Source of the DNA: Harriotta raleighana
Lineage: Eukaryota
Length of the DNA stretch: 64,000 nucleotides
Direction of reading: 5' to 3'
NCBI GenBank assembly: GCA_050575255.1
Contig: JBNZDD010013682.1
Coordinates: forward strand, 803,475 to 867,474
Shown here: in pieces, positions 1 through 13,100 of the stretch
How positions within the stretch are numbered: position 1 is the first letter of the stretch
Layout of the letters: each line of letters starts with the position of its first letter
The notes under the pieces: generated by a model
What the model was told of the DNA's origin: nothing
Databases searched by the model: none
What the model saw: only the letters and a program-made list of their open reading frames with translations
Made by a program: the position numbers and the translations under genes

Positions 1-599
1 AGTGCTTTGAGTCTTCTCGAAGACGCTATATCAAATGCAAGGATTATTATTATTACTACTTCTAGAATTATTGCCAGGTCCTGACACAGCCAATCTGATT
101 TCAGTTAGGCTCTGTTAGAGAATATTACTTCTCTTTGATATGAGAGCAATCACTCTATGCTGCATTTTGGACGTGTTTTTAATTGTCCGGCTGTGGGCAA
201 GATCAGCTACTTCTCCTATAAGGTTCAGAGAATGTTATGTACAAAAGAAACGCTTTCACTTCTCCTTTCGAATGCAGATCGCTTTGATATCATACAGAGG
301 TTTTAATGAACTAACATACTCCACTTCCATAATGATCTCAGCCCCACTATTTCGTTTTGTTTTTCTCCTTTAAAAAGGATTATTTTTTATATCAAAAGAA
401 CTTCAGGTAAAAAATGTTCAGGTAAAAGGTTTAATCAGATATCTCAGTGAAGCTTTTAAAATAATAATAAGAAGAATCCTGATATTTGATTTAGTTTTCT
501 TCAAGTCGGAAGGAAGTTTGCGCTTTTCTGCTATTCCGCTATTGTGAAGTGCTTTGAGATGTCATCTGGTGTAGAGGGCGCTTATAAATGTTGTTGTTG

Positions 600-835
600 T
601 TTTAAAGCGCTTCACAAGTTTAACTGTGAAATGCAGTGACTGTGTATTTTGCACACAGCAATGTCCCACAAACAACCAGGGTCGATTTATATCTGGGAGT
701 TTGTTGGAAAGACAGTGGGAGAAGCTCCTTTCTCTTTTCTAATAGGATCAAGGGATCTCTAACGTCCATCTGAACTAGCAAACAGAATCTTGGCTTAACA
801 TTTCATCCATAGCACTGCACCTCTAAACAATACTT
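600..835 (-). mobile_element. Older Deu-domain SINE fragment (AmnSINE1/SacSINE1-like); similar copies at about 12270-12540, 54350-54925 and 7100-7240
   Basis: Minus strand GGATGAAATGTTAAGCC...CAGATGGACGTTAGAGATCCC resembles the recalled Deu-domain consensus. Confidence 0.65.
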
Positions 836-1071
836 CCCTCCCACCTCCCACCCACCCCCCTCCGGGTCTCTATTGATGTGTTACCCTAGCTTACATGAGT
901 TCAAGGTGTTGGGGGCTCGATTGACCACCCAAAACTCCTGACAACAACAATAACAACATTTTATGTTGTTAAGAGGATGCTTTTTACATTAAGAGGATGT
1001 CCCAAGGTGCTGGACAATAATGCTGTTGTTCTTTTGAGCAGGCAGGTGGAAAGGTAGGTGGAAAGTAAAAC

Positions 1072-1153
1072 CTTTGTTGTATTTGGAGAGAACTTCATTT
1101 TGTTCCACGGCTTTTGTAGTCAAAGCAGCATTTCTCTCTTTTTCCTCTTGTAG
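1072..1153 (-). CDS. Shootin-like exon 7 equivalent
   Basis: LQEEKERNAALTTKAVEQNEVLSKYNK; 82 nt; tag acceptor, gtttta donor. Confidence 0.82.
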
Positions 1154-4100
1154 CTAGAGAACAACAACAATGAGAGTTTAATTGCACATTACACAAAATA
1201 TCACATCAATACTACTTCCTCGGCTTTACTCCACCAGGTCTGATTAATCTCACCCAGCCTTGCAGTATCCCCCCTTTGTGCTCTGCTGGGTTGTCTCATC
1301 TCTCACTCCACTCTCTCATCCGAGTGTCCGTTTCTCTCACACCAAAGGAAAACACAATCACCCTACTTCACTATTAATAATAATAATAATCCTTGCATTT
1401 GATATAGCGCCTTTCGTGTCTTCTAGACGTCTCAAAGCGCTTCACAGAATATACTGTAAAGTAAATTGACTGTATATTTGTGGGCGAAACGCGGCAGCCA
1501 TTTTGCGCACAGCAGCGTCCCCCACAAACAGTCGTGGATTGAAATGACCAATTTATTATTGGTATTTTGGAGGGATTAATAGCAGGCGTGTGGAGTAAGA
1601 AAACTTGCTCCAGGTTTCACCCTGACCTGCCGGGAATTGAACCCAGGTAAGGCGAGTGCTCTAACCACTGAGCCACAGGACTCCTTTCTGCTTTCAACAA
1701 TCACCTACCTCTTCCCCTACCCATCTGTTCCACTGTGAGTTCAATTGTTATCTGAACCTCTCCCACTTCTTGCTCAATGTCCCCCTCTTTTCATTGTTAA
1801 GCTGTTTCTTTGACAGTGAAAGTGTGAGGACCCTGGTTTAGAGTTGCAAAGAGCAATTTCAGGACATATATACTTTTCTTTACCCAGAGGTTACCAGGAA
1901 GGGAGGCTAAGGGTAGGACACATGGGAACTCCTTTAGAAAGCAGCTGAATACTGTGATGGATTGACTGTATTTTGATTATTTCTGGAAAGAAAGAGAAAA
2001 GATCAGGCAAAGGGCCATTTGGTGGATGTTTTCTTTGGCCTCAGCCACTTACTTTTTCATTCACGTCTTCCCAATGGCTTTTCAAATTTTCCAGTTGGAA
2101 GGAAAGTTCCTTCTTTTCCTCCAGGATGGTCAGCAGTTTGACCCGCAGTTCTGCGTTTCAGAAATATAAAAAAAAGTTGAACCAAAGCTTTGGGTAAAAA
2201 AAAACCTAGTGATTTCATCAGCACGGAAGAATACAGGGGGATGTCCGCAGTGTCTGGGGTCCATAAAATTGGACAAAGCATCAACAAGAACAGCAGCAAC
2301 TTGCACTTATGTCATGCTCTCCATGCAGGGTAGTGTCTCAGAGTGCTTAACAGTGACAGAACATCATAAAGGGACTATGAAAACAACAGCAACAGCAAAT
2401 TGTACATATAGTATATACCATCACGTGCGAAAGAGGTCACCGGGAGATGGACAAACAGAGGTTTTGGATTCGTGCTCGGAGTTGGGGTCAGGATGGGTGG
2501 AGGTTGGGGGGCTGGTGGCCGAAGCCATGGTTGAAGACGAAGGCCTTTGGACGGGACTTGAAGGAGGGGAGAGAGGGGGGGGACTAACAGGTTTACGGGT
2601 CAACAGATAACCAGTAGTGTGACTCCCAGCTTCTTGTGTGCCCTAGCCAGCTTCTCACACACAGGAAACTCAGTCCAAGTCATAAGTCAGAGACCACTGC
2701 ACTCCAGAAACTGCGAGTCCATGACTCAAGCTTGTTCAGATCAGAAGCATCACATTAGTGACAAATTACATTTGCATAAAGTCTTTCACATCTCAAAGCG
2801 CATTACAGAGCACATCACTTGCGTTCTTTGATTTGGGTTTATCATTTGTATTTTGGATTTCAAGATCCTCACTCTTGTTTTCAAATCCCTCCACTCCTCT
2901 GCACCCCCCACTACCTCTCTGACCTGCTCTCTCCTCACAACAGCACCCGTTGTCTTTACTCTACCGAGTCTGGCCTCCTCCTTGTCCCCCAAATCCTCCG
3001 CTCCACCATCAGCGGCTGTGCTTTCAGTTACTATATCCCGAGGCTGTGGAACTCCCTTTCTCACTCCCTTCTCCTCGCGCCCTCTCTTCCTACTTTCAGG
3101 TCTCGACTAAAGACCTTTCTTTTCAACCTTGCCTTTGATCGCCTTCTTCCCCCTCCCCCAGGATCCGTTATTGGAAATCGCTCTGAGACACCATCCTGTG
3201 TGGATGGCGCTACATGTATCCAAGTTGGTGTTGTATTAAATAAACTCTATTGAGGTTCACACAGACTCACCGCTGATCTGCTTTTGGCATTGTTCAGAGA
3301 TACATCTCGAATCCTTGTCCGATGATGTACTCACATCAGAATCTTCATCCGAAGTCAGATCCACAGGCACAACCTCTTTCCCCAGCTGTGCCATATACAT
3401 CGAGCTGATCCTTTTCAGATCCTTGTTGTCTTTGTTCAACTGAATGTATAGGTAGAGAGAGAGAGAGAAAGAATTACAACAAAGTGAGCATATTTTCAAC
3501 AGACACACACACACACACAAGCAGAATAGTCCTGCGCTCACCTACAAAATACACAGTCACCACACTCACTTCCAGAAATGTTGAAACAACATTTTTTAAA
3601 ACATTATGTCACTCAATATCAAATGAAATGGTGATGATTATTATTCTTATTATCCTCACACTTCATGATATAATCCATAGGCTTTGAGACTTCCTCCTGA
3701 TGTGAAAAGCGCTATGTCAAATGTAAGGATTTTTATTACATTACCGAATTAGCATTTTTCACTTCATCACAGAGCACTTCACAGGATTCACCATAAAGTG
3801 TAGTGACTGTATTTTTTGTAGATGATCTGCAAATGCTTTTGGTTTGCTTTGCAAGAAACGTTCCCTTGATATATGGCTACACTAAGGCTTAGTAGTAATA
3901 ATATAATAATAATAATGATAATAAACCTTGCATTTGATATAGCTACTTAACACTTCTTTAAGACGTTTTAAGGTGCTATCCAATTATATTGTAAGGTGAA
4001 TTGACTGTATATTTTATAGGCGAAAAGCGGCAGCCAATTGAGTATAGCAATGTCCCACAACCAGTCATGGATTGAGTGACCAAACTATTTTTTCTTTTTG

Positions 4101-7100
4101 GTGAATCCTGTAAAGTCCTCCATCATCCCTAGAAAAGTGGTCCGTCCTTCAACCAACAACTGGGTTCCTATTTATCAGGTACAGGATTCCACGACTCAGT
4201 GCAATGGGCGCTGAACGACAAGCTACAGTGCATTATGCCTCAGCCTTTGGTTTGGGAAAATCTGAGCAATGAACCAATGCACTTATTAAAGTGCGTGGAA
4301 CGTTAAGAGTTTGCCCACGTCATCCACTGATGGACGGGGGAAATCATTTGATTTCCGGGTAGAAAATGAGAGAAAAGCACTGAAAACCAGGTTTGCAATC
4401 TATCATGCAAACTCGCAGCAATGTTTGATGATAATAATAATCCTTGCATTTGATAGGCCTTATGTGTTTTTGACACATCTCAAAACTCTTCACAGAATAT
4501 ACTTTAAAGTGGATTGACAGCATATTCATGGGCCACAAAGAGTCGTGCAATAAGTGACCAGATTTCTATTTATTTCATTTATTATTGTTGTTTGATAATT
4601 GACCCAAAACATAATCACAACGAAAGTAGCCTAGGAAATTTGTTTGTTTAAGTCTGCAATTCAAAATATCCTCTTTAACAAAGAGGATTGTTCAAACAAA
4701 AACAGAACAAAGCTTTCTTTTCTTTTAAATCACACATTTGCCATTCACATAAACTGTGGTACTGCAGGAAAGGGGAAAGGCTCCCAAAATATTTTATCAC
4801 AAATGATAAAATCTGTACAATCCAAACCGCCAGGGGAAGGGGGTGTAGGAAAGTCATTTCTCTTATTAGCAAATTTATTCTGATTTACAGTGATTTTCTT
4901 TAGTTTTTTCAGCAAATAAAATTCGAAAAAATCAAATTATGTGCAATTGTCCGTCGTCTACCCTTTCGTGAATTTCTGTGATCACTGTTTGAATTAATTC
5001 AAAATAATTATATTGTGCTGACATGTTAATAGGCTTTAATATATTATTACTAATCAAAGAGCTAAGTTAACTCCCTGGGTAAGGACACGGCTAACGCATC
5101 AAACCAGCGTCACCAATGGCCTGATTTCTGCAAACGCTCAAGAAATTGCTCAGAAATGGCATATATTAATGATAAAATTCAGCTTTGCAATTGCTCCAAT
5201 CCATTTACTGATGAAGATGCCAGAGTGCATTCATATGCAATCAACTAAGCAAGCCAGAGGGAGAAAAAAACACTCTGAAAATTATGCACATCTGATGAAG
5301 GAGACCATGTAAAATTACATTCTTTTTACATTCATCAGCAACTGAGTCCAGAGGTCAATGTTAATAAGTCAGAGTTACAAATTCCTTGTTTGTTGCCAGC
5401 ATAGGGAAAATCAATGTTTCCAAGAGGCAATTTACTTTCAAATTTCGGTAAAAGTCAAGTCTTTTCATGTATATTATATTTATACAAATACAGTTTATGA
5501 TAAAAAAAATTCCGAGCACTGCATTTATACTTTGAAATTTCTTACGTTTTAGGGAATTGGGCCAAAGTTGTCTTTTATTTAGTTATTTTTATTTACTTTA
5601 GAATCGCACAGGATTCAAGAACAATATCTCCAACAAAGCAACCATGACTGCCTTGTTACCTTGTTTTGGAAGCTACGATTTGGGTGGACTTTTGTGGCTC
5701 AAGATTGAGATCAAGGATTGCCAACGCTGGGGACAATGAAACACAATAGACAAAATACCTTATCATGAAAAATCAAGCACTTAGTAAAGCTATCATTGTA
5801 CTAGACGATGCATATACTGTACATCAATATCCCGATTGTGCTTGGTAGTTAGTGTTGCATTCAGTCTCGTGGTGAAATCCAACACTAAAGATCTGAGGAC
5901 GGAAGGCTCTGTTAGTTTAGTACCAGTAGCAATATTGGGGCTGTTGGGATTTGAAGGGGAGAAATGCCACTGTGTGCCAAAGCAGTCAATGTCACCAGTA
6001 TTCAAAGCAAGCAGAAATTTGCACCCATGGGAATAGACTGATATGTGGAGACTTGCAGCTCAGTGGTTAGAGCACTCGCCTTACAAGCATGAGACCTGTG
6101 TTTCAAATCCAGGCAGATCAGGGCGAAACCTTGGGCAAGTTTTGTTACTCCACTCACCAAATGATAATCAGTCCAAAACAAACCTAGAATAATTTGGTCA
6201 CTCAATCCACGACTGTTTGTGGGGGACGCTGCTGTGCACAATTGCCTGCCGTTTTTCGCCCACAAATATACAGTCAATTCACATTACAGTATATTCTGTG
6301 AAGCCCTTTGAGATATTCTAGAAGAGGTGAAAATGCAAGAATTATTATTATTTTGTGCTGTAGATTCATGTGGTACAAGTATCAAGAGACATTGCAACAT
6401 TACCACAGAGCACTGTTCATCATGGCAATGTACGCACAAATCAATGGGATTCAAATCACCACTATTATACTGGAGCTGGTAAAGCATTCGCAGAGAATTG
6501 CCGAAAAAAGGAAATTAAGAAACTTCCTGGATTTGATGTCTGAACAGTCAGTCAATCCGATTGGTAACAGTTCTGGAAATTGAGGAGGGAATCAAGAGAA
6601 GTGGAGCTGGGCATCAATGATAGACATGTGAAAACTGATCCAACCAAACTTGCAGATGATGGCACACAACCATCACATAGATAAGGCATAGGTTTGTCTT
6701 CCAATGCTGTTAAAAAAAACAATCACGTGATTGTTTGAGGAGGAAACCAGGCGAGGCTGAATGGTAGAGACGCAAGAATGGACGTTCGGGATGGATTACG
6801 TTGGTGATGGATCAAGGAGAATCATTTTAAAACCTTCTCCCTCAGAGTCTGAGTGATGAGGAGATGAGGAGATGAGGGAGGGTGCAAGATAATGATAGTC
6901 TGTGGAAGCAGTGGGCTTGGTGACTATGTGCCAGTGGCTGTGACTGAAGCAGAAAGGATCAACCCATTTCAAAGGCAAATCGATGCACACATGAGGGAGA
7001 AGGGAATCGAGGGGTGGGAAGCAGCTCATGGAGAGTGTAAACACTAGCAAGGTACGAATGCCTGTTATGGTGCTGGAGATTCTGTGCAAAAATCAAATCA

Positions 7101-10100
7101 CCCTTCAGCTTGTGTCACTGGGTACCACTCTTGAGTCTAGGCCACAAGGTTGTGGGTTCAAGCCCCATGTTGGGACTTTTGAGTTGATAGTCTAGCGTAC
7201 AGAGAGCGATGTATTGTCGGAGGTGTTGAGTTTCATATCTCGTTTGTAGGTCCAGTTATTTTTTTTGGACCAATTTTATCATTGAATTTTTTTCTTGAGG
7301 GATTATTATCAGGCGTGTGTGTGGAGTGGGGAAACTTGCCCAAGGTTTCGCCCCACCCACAATCGAACCCAGGTCCCTTGTTTGCGAGGCAAGTGTTCTA
7401 ACCACTGAGCTACAGGACTTCAGATACTAGTTAATGCAATGATAACAGTGACAGCAGCACCACGGGCAGACTATTTGTGTTGGAGTCAACGCAAGACTTG
7501 CATGGAATCCTGTAGCTCAGCGGTGAGATCACTTGCGAGAGACCTGGGTTCGATTCCCAGCAAGGTGAAACCTTGGGCAAGTTACCTTACTCCACACACC
7601 TCATAATGATCCTTCGGGTGATGGAAAAACACAGACTTGTAAGCGAGGAAGTTACAAATCAATATTAGAAATATTGTACATTGGAGCTCATTGAAAGTCA
7701 CACAACATTCCTCCAAGTTAAGTTAGGGCTTCAGGGGAGTTGAGAGTCAATTCAACATTTTATTGGCTTTGAAGCGAGACGATACACGTCAGGTGCACAA
7801 AGCAGCACTCAATGGTTGGAATACTTTCCCCTTCAAAGGGATTGTAGTCTGTGAGAGCGGGTGTGTCAGTTGTCAGACGGTACGGTACCTTTTTGGCCAA
7901 CACCTCTGCGCTTTCGCGGCAGCTTTTCTCAATCTCCAGGTGATTTTGCATTGCGCTGACTTCCTCGACCACCAATTGTGAAACTGGAATAGAAAAGAAC
8001 CTGCGATCAATTTACTGTACTTCCAGGACCCTCCCCAACCAGCACCACAGCCCACCACAAATCACCTACTTCCAAGTATATTTTTCCTGCCAACTTTACT
8101 GCCAACAAAGAGTGACCGGAAAACATCCAATAACCTTGACACTGACAGAGGTAATCATAAACTGTAGCAAACACAAGCCAACTGAAACCACTTAACTAAT
8201 TAGCAGATGCTGTCACAGAGAAAACATGAATCAACACTGTTATTACAAGTGGCACATTTGAGTGGCATCTAATGATGAGCTTGATACTTGCATTATAATC
8301 ACAACCACAGCAACCCATCAGAGACTAAAAGCCTCTGATGATGCTGAACGGCAGTAACTTCCCCCCCCCCCACCGAAACCTTCACAGTTCCTGGCAGTCG
8401 CCTTGGCAGGGTCCCCATCTCAGTTAATGACATGTTAAGTATAATTACTGGTAGGCATTGTAAATAAACAGGATTGGAACTGAAATTGTACAAGTGCATA
8501 AGACAATCTGACACATTGAAAGTGGCAGGCTTAATTGAGAGTTTCTCTGACTGCTGGAGATCATTTAACAGCATTTCTCTCAGGACAGTGATTATAACTG
8601 TGGAGACGGGCAGCATAATGGTATCAGACAAATGTGAGCATTGCTGACAGTGTAGTGAATTAAATTGTATCTACTCTGTGAAGCGCCTTGATGAAAAGTA
8701 CAAATGCCTTGGTGGTCTTATCATTATAACACAATGCTCATGTTGTCATCAACCTTGCCACTGTCAATTGAAAAGAAATGATTGTGTTGAGGCTTTCTAT
8801 TGCTGACAGTGAATAGAACCAATTTTCAGAGATCTATGAAATCATGTAATTGGGTACAGAATGCAGCTGCTTCTCATACAAACTGTTCTCGGTAAACAGG
8901 AATTTCACACAATATGTGTTCGTGCCTAAATACAAATCAAAACGCATCAGAAGCCAAGATCGTTTAGAACTAATAAAATAGCTGCAACTCAGATATGAGA
9001 GTTGGAGTTTGACCAAACGTTTTGGTTTCTTCATTTCAAGTTAATGACAGACCAAGTTCGTTTTTTAATAACAATTTCCACTCGCCTCAACTTTAACCCT
9101 GCAGAAACCCCCTCTGCAGAAGACTGAACAAAAAAAACTCCCTTCAGCAAGGCACGTCGCTCCACTGAAGTTCACGCGGTTGTGTTCTTCCAGCTTAATT
9201 GCACTGCCATCAATTTATAAAGTATTGGAACGATACGCAGCTCAGTAACATACTCGCTAATAGTCAATAACAACAATAAAATTACATTTGTATTCGCGCC
9301 TTTCACATTGGGAAGACGTCCCAAGGCGCTCGCCAACCCATACCAACCCAAGTTCCTGCAGTAGTATTGTTCATGGTAAGGTTTTTGTGGGTTTGAATGC
9401 GAACATACAGTCTACATGCAACTGAAGCCTCTGTATTTGAACCCGCCAATGAGGAGCATGCCTTCTCTTCTTCCAAAGAAGAAACTTCCAAAGATCAAAG
9501 TGATGTTATTGCTTTCAAAGGCATCACCTCCAACAGCTCAACAGCTTCTTCACAATAAGCACTTTGAGACGTGCTCCCAAAGTGAAAGGGGAGCAATATA
9601 TGAATGTAAGATCGTACAGCTTTGTTACATTCTCCTCTTAATATGGTTTTGCGATGTGAGTGGTTGAAATTTTCAAATCAGTGCAGTTCAAAATTTACCT
9701 GTGACAGATGCAATCAAAATCAAACTAGAAATATAAATCATGATGGGAGATTTACCGTCAAGTTATTCAACCGAGCTGGAAACTTGCTTTGAAGTCTTAT
9801 TATCTGAGGGAGGGAGCGATTCTCATCTTTGAGGGGACAAACCGTTTGAACCCCCACATTCCTGTGACTCAGAGGTGAACCCAGTCTGACAACTCACAAC
9901 ATGATGCTTAAAGATTAATTTTGTTGGAGATTTCTAGATGCTTTGTATTTAATGTTTTCAACGTTTTATCTTTTTATGGATAGCCAAATCACCAGGGCTC
10001 TGTCCACTCTCACTTTGTGATGATAAACCAGGAACAACAAGTTTGGGGCTGTACAGCACCTAGTCCTCGTTACGTCCTCCCAACATGAAATGCGCTCTAT

Positions 10101-13100
10101 ACATGTAATTTTGTTGTTGTAGTAGTGTGTTGGGAGTACTGAATAATGGTGTGGTTAAAACGCGCCTCTGGGAGAGAAGGGAGATGGCCGTGATAGGCAC
10201 GGTCGAAGAGGAAAGTCTTCAGGTGCGATCTAAATAAGGAGAAAGTGGGGCTGAGGCAGAGGGATTCAGGCAGGGGGTAAAGAGAAAGTGGGTATGCCAA
10301 CACCATGAAACCATTAGCCAACAATATGCTCTGTGAAACGCTTTGAGATGTCCAGTAGACGTGAAAAGAGCTACATCAAATGCAAGGATTATTATTATTA
10401 TAACGAGAATCTCGTTAAACTGGTGGTTCAGCCAAAGTGAAGTTATTTTGCAGCTTCGATTAACTGGAAACAAAGAAATTTGTCAGTTTGCAAGCGACAG
10501 CAAAATGTAACTCTTTCCCTATCTCCAGTCCATTGCTATTTTCCACCAGTAGTGCCCAAAAGCAACAGAGAAGGTAAATACAGTTAAATGACTTTAGACC
10601 AGTGATTCTCAACCTTTTTCAGTAATGTTAACCTTGTTAATTTTCAACATTATCGTGTACCCCCCACTCAACCACATACACACACACACAACCTCCTCAT
10701 TCTACTTGCATTTCATGACCAAGCTTTTCTTATATGACAAAAATAACCAGCGCATACAAAATGAGGGGAATAACAATTAAATATACAATTTGAAGTCTAC
10801 AAAAAGATAAATAAGAGCTAAATAAATCAATGTACCCCCACCAGTACCCACTTTCTCTCTGCTTTAGAGCATATAGTGAGAGAAATCAGACATCATTAGG
10901 TCCTGCTTTTGTACTCGTTGGTGGTGACTGAACCTGCATCTTGCAAAACGGTGGAAAATGCAGCAAAATGAATTGCTCTACAGAATCCTAAAACATTACA
11001 GTACAGAAACTGACCACATTAGGTCTGTCCGTGCTGGAGTTTCTCATCATATGAGCCTCCTACTGTAATTCCACTTGCATACACACTCGCCAAACACTTT
11101 CATAGTATTATTATCCAATAAACTTGTTTCTAAATCGAACTGGCAGTCTTTTCCTCAACAGCATTTTTCCAACAACAATGCAAAATTCTGCAGATGCTGG
11201 AAATCCGAAACAAAAGCAGAATTGGCTGGGAACACTCAGCAGGTCAGGCAGCATCTATGGAGAACGGAAAAGTGAACGTTTCACAAACGTGAACGTTTAA
11301 AGTCAACGTTTCGAGGTCCATGACCCTTGGTCAGAATTGGACCATTTCTCAAATCACCTTTGAATTCTCCTTAAATTATCTTATAGTAGTTATTCCCCAC
11401 TCACAACTGACTCCAACCAGTGGAAATAACCTTATTACTATTCACCCTGTTGCAACCCTTCATAATCTCAAAGACCTCGATCGGGTCAAAATGTAACTAT
11501 CTTGGGTTGGGTGAAAAAGCTCCATTTTCTCATGTCCTTCCAGAGTATTCTGCATTGCTGCTCTAAACAATCAGGTTTTTTTTTATTTGGTCAGCCTGTT
11601 ACATTGGAAAGGAATGCACACTCTCTGCCCAAAGGGATGCATTCTGCTTAACTGATTCCAAAGTGTATTCTACACAGCTTGACAAGAGCCTAGGCTTGTA
11701 CAAAAAAATGAAACAAAAAAAAATCAACAACAACAAAATTACATTTGTATAGCGCGTATTATGTCAGGAGGATGTCCCAAGACGCTGGACAGTTACTGCT
11801 TCAGATCCGAGCTGAAGACAGAGGTAGGTGAGGGTGGGTGGGGAAGGGGTTGATAAATGGGTAGTAGTGGAGAGTTGGGGACAGGGACGGTGGCGTTTTG
11901 GGGAAGGGATGAGAGTAATCATTTTTTGCATGCAGACCTTAAGCACTGGACTCATTTAAATAACAGCCTAATGCCGACATGAGTTGAATGTGTATTCTGG
12001 AAGAATTAGATTAAAATGGCCTTTTTCAACTAAACCAACCTCGCAATCTTGTGATATCAACTGACCTCTCTGAAACTCTTTGAGTTTCTGAAAAGCTGCA
12101 TGTTTGTCTTGAAGCAATCTTGCGTTCTGTTCGAAGAAAAAACAAAGGCAAGGGCCATCAGAATTATGAAACTTTAATACTTAGTGAAGTCAAAAATACA
12201 TCCTAGATTCAATTAACTTCACACAAGTGAACAGTGTTATGTAAAGATAATATTGACTATAATAATATATAATAATCCTTGCATTTGATGTTGTCGAGAC
12301 ATCTCAAAGCGATTCACACAAAATAATGTAAAATGGATTGACTGTAAATGTGGAAGCCAATTGTATACACCACAACAGCCCTGGAATGAATAATCAATTT
12401 TATTTGGGGGATTTATGGGCCAGGATACTGGAAGAAAGAAATTCCTTTCTCTTTTCGAATAGTGCTACTGAATCTTTAACGTACACCTGAACAGGCAAGC
12501 AAGAGCTCAATTTAACATCTCATCCAAAGCACGGATATGGACTATTTTCTTCACTGGATTGGGAGAAGGCGATCTGTTGACTGCAGCATGAAATTCTTAA
12601 AATATCCCCAACAAAGATAGCATAATGATTTTTTTAAATGTTAATTATCAAACCCCAATAAATGTCACTTTTGTTGCAAATTCACTTCAACAGCATTTTG
12701 GACCAGATTTATCATCAAACATTATAATAATTGATGACAGTGTAAAGAATGGAGTACTCTGGATATTCTGAAAGTATCAGTGAAAAGCTAAATTGTATGT
12801 TCCCCCCACCCACTGTGTGGGTACCATTTAAGTTCAGGTAATAATACGTCCAAAAAGACAACCACAATAATAAAATTGGTCATTTTCAATCCACGACTGT
12901 TTGTGGGACACTGCTGTGCGCAATTCGCCCACAAATATACAGTCAATTCACTTTACAGTATATTCTGTGAAGCACTTTGAGACGTTGATAAAATGTGAAA
13001 AGCGCTACATCAAAATGCAAGGATTATTATTATTTATAGTTACTGCAGTGTGAAATTGACTCATTTAGTAGCACTCTCACTTGATCTCATAGTCTGCTCT

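Noticed and set aside
1-1000. Next shootin-like exon (SHTN1 exon 8 equivalent)
   Set aside because: No AVEEYEE/LELEKDLR-like frame was found; the exon probably lies left of the window.
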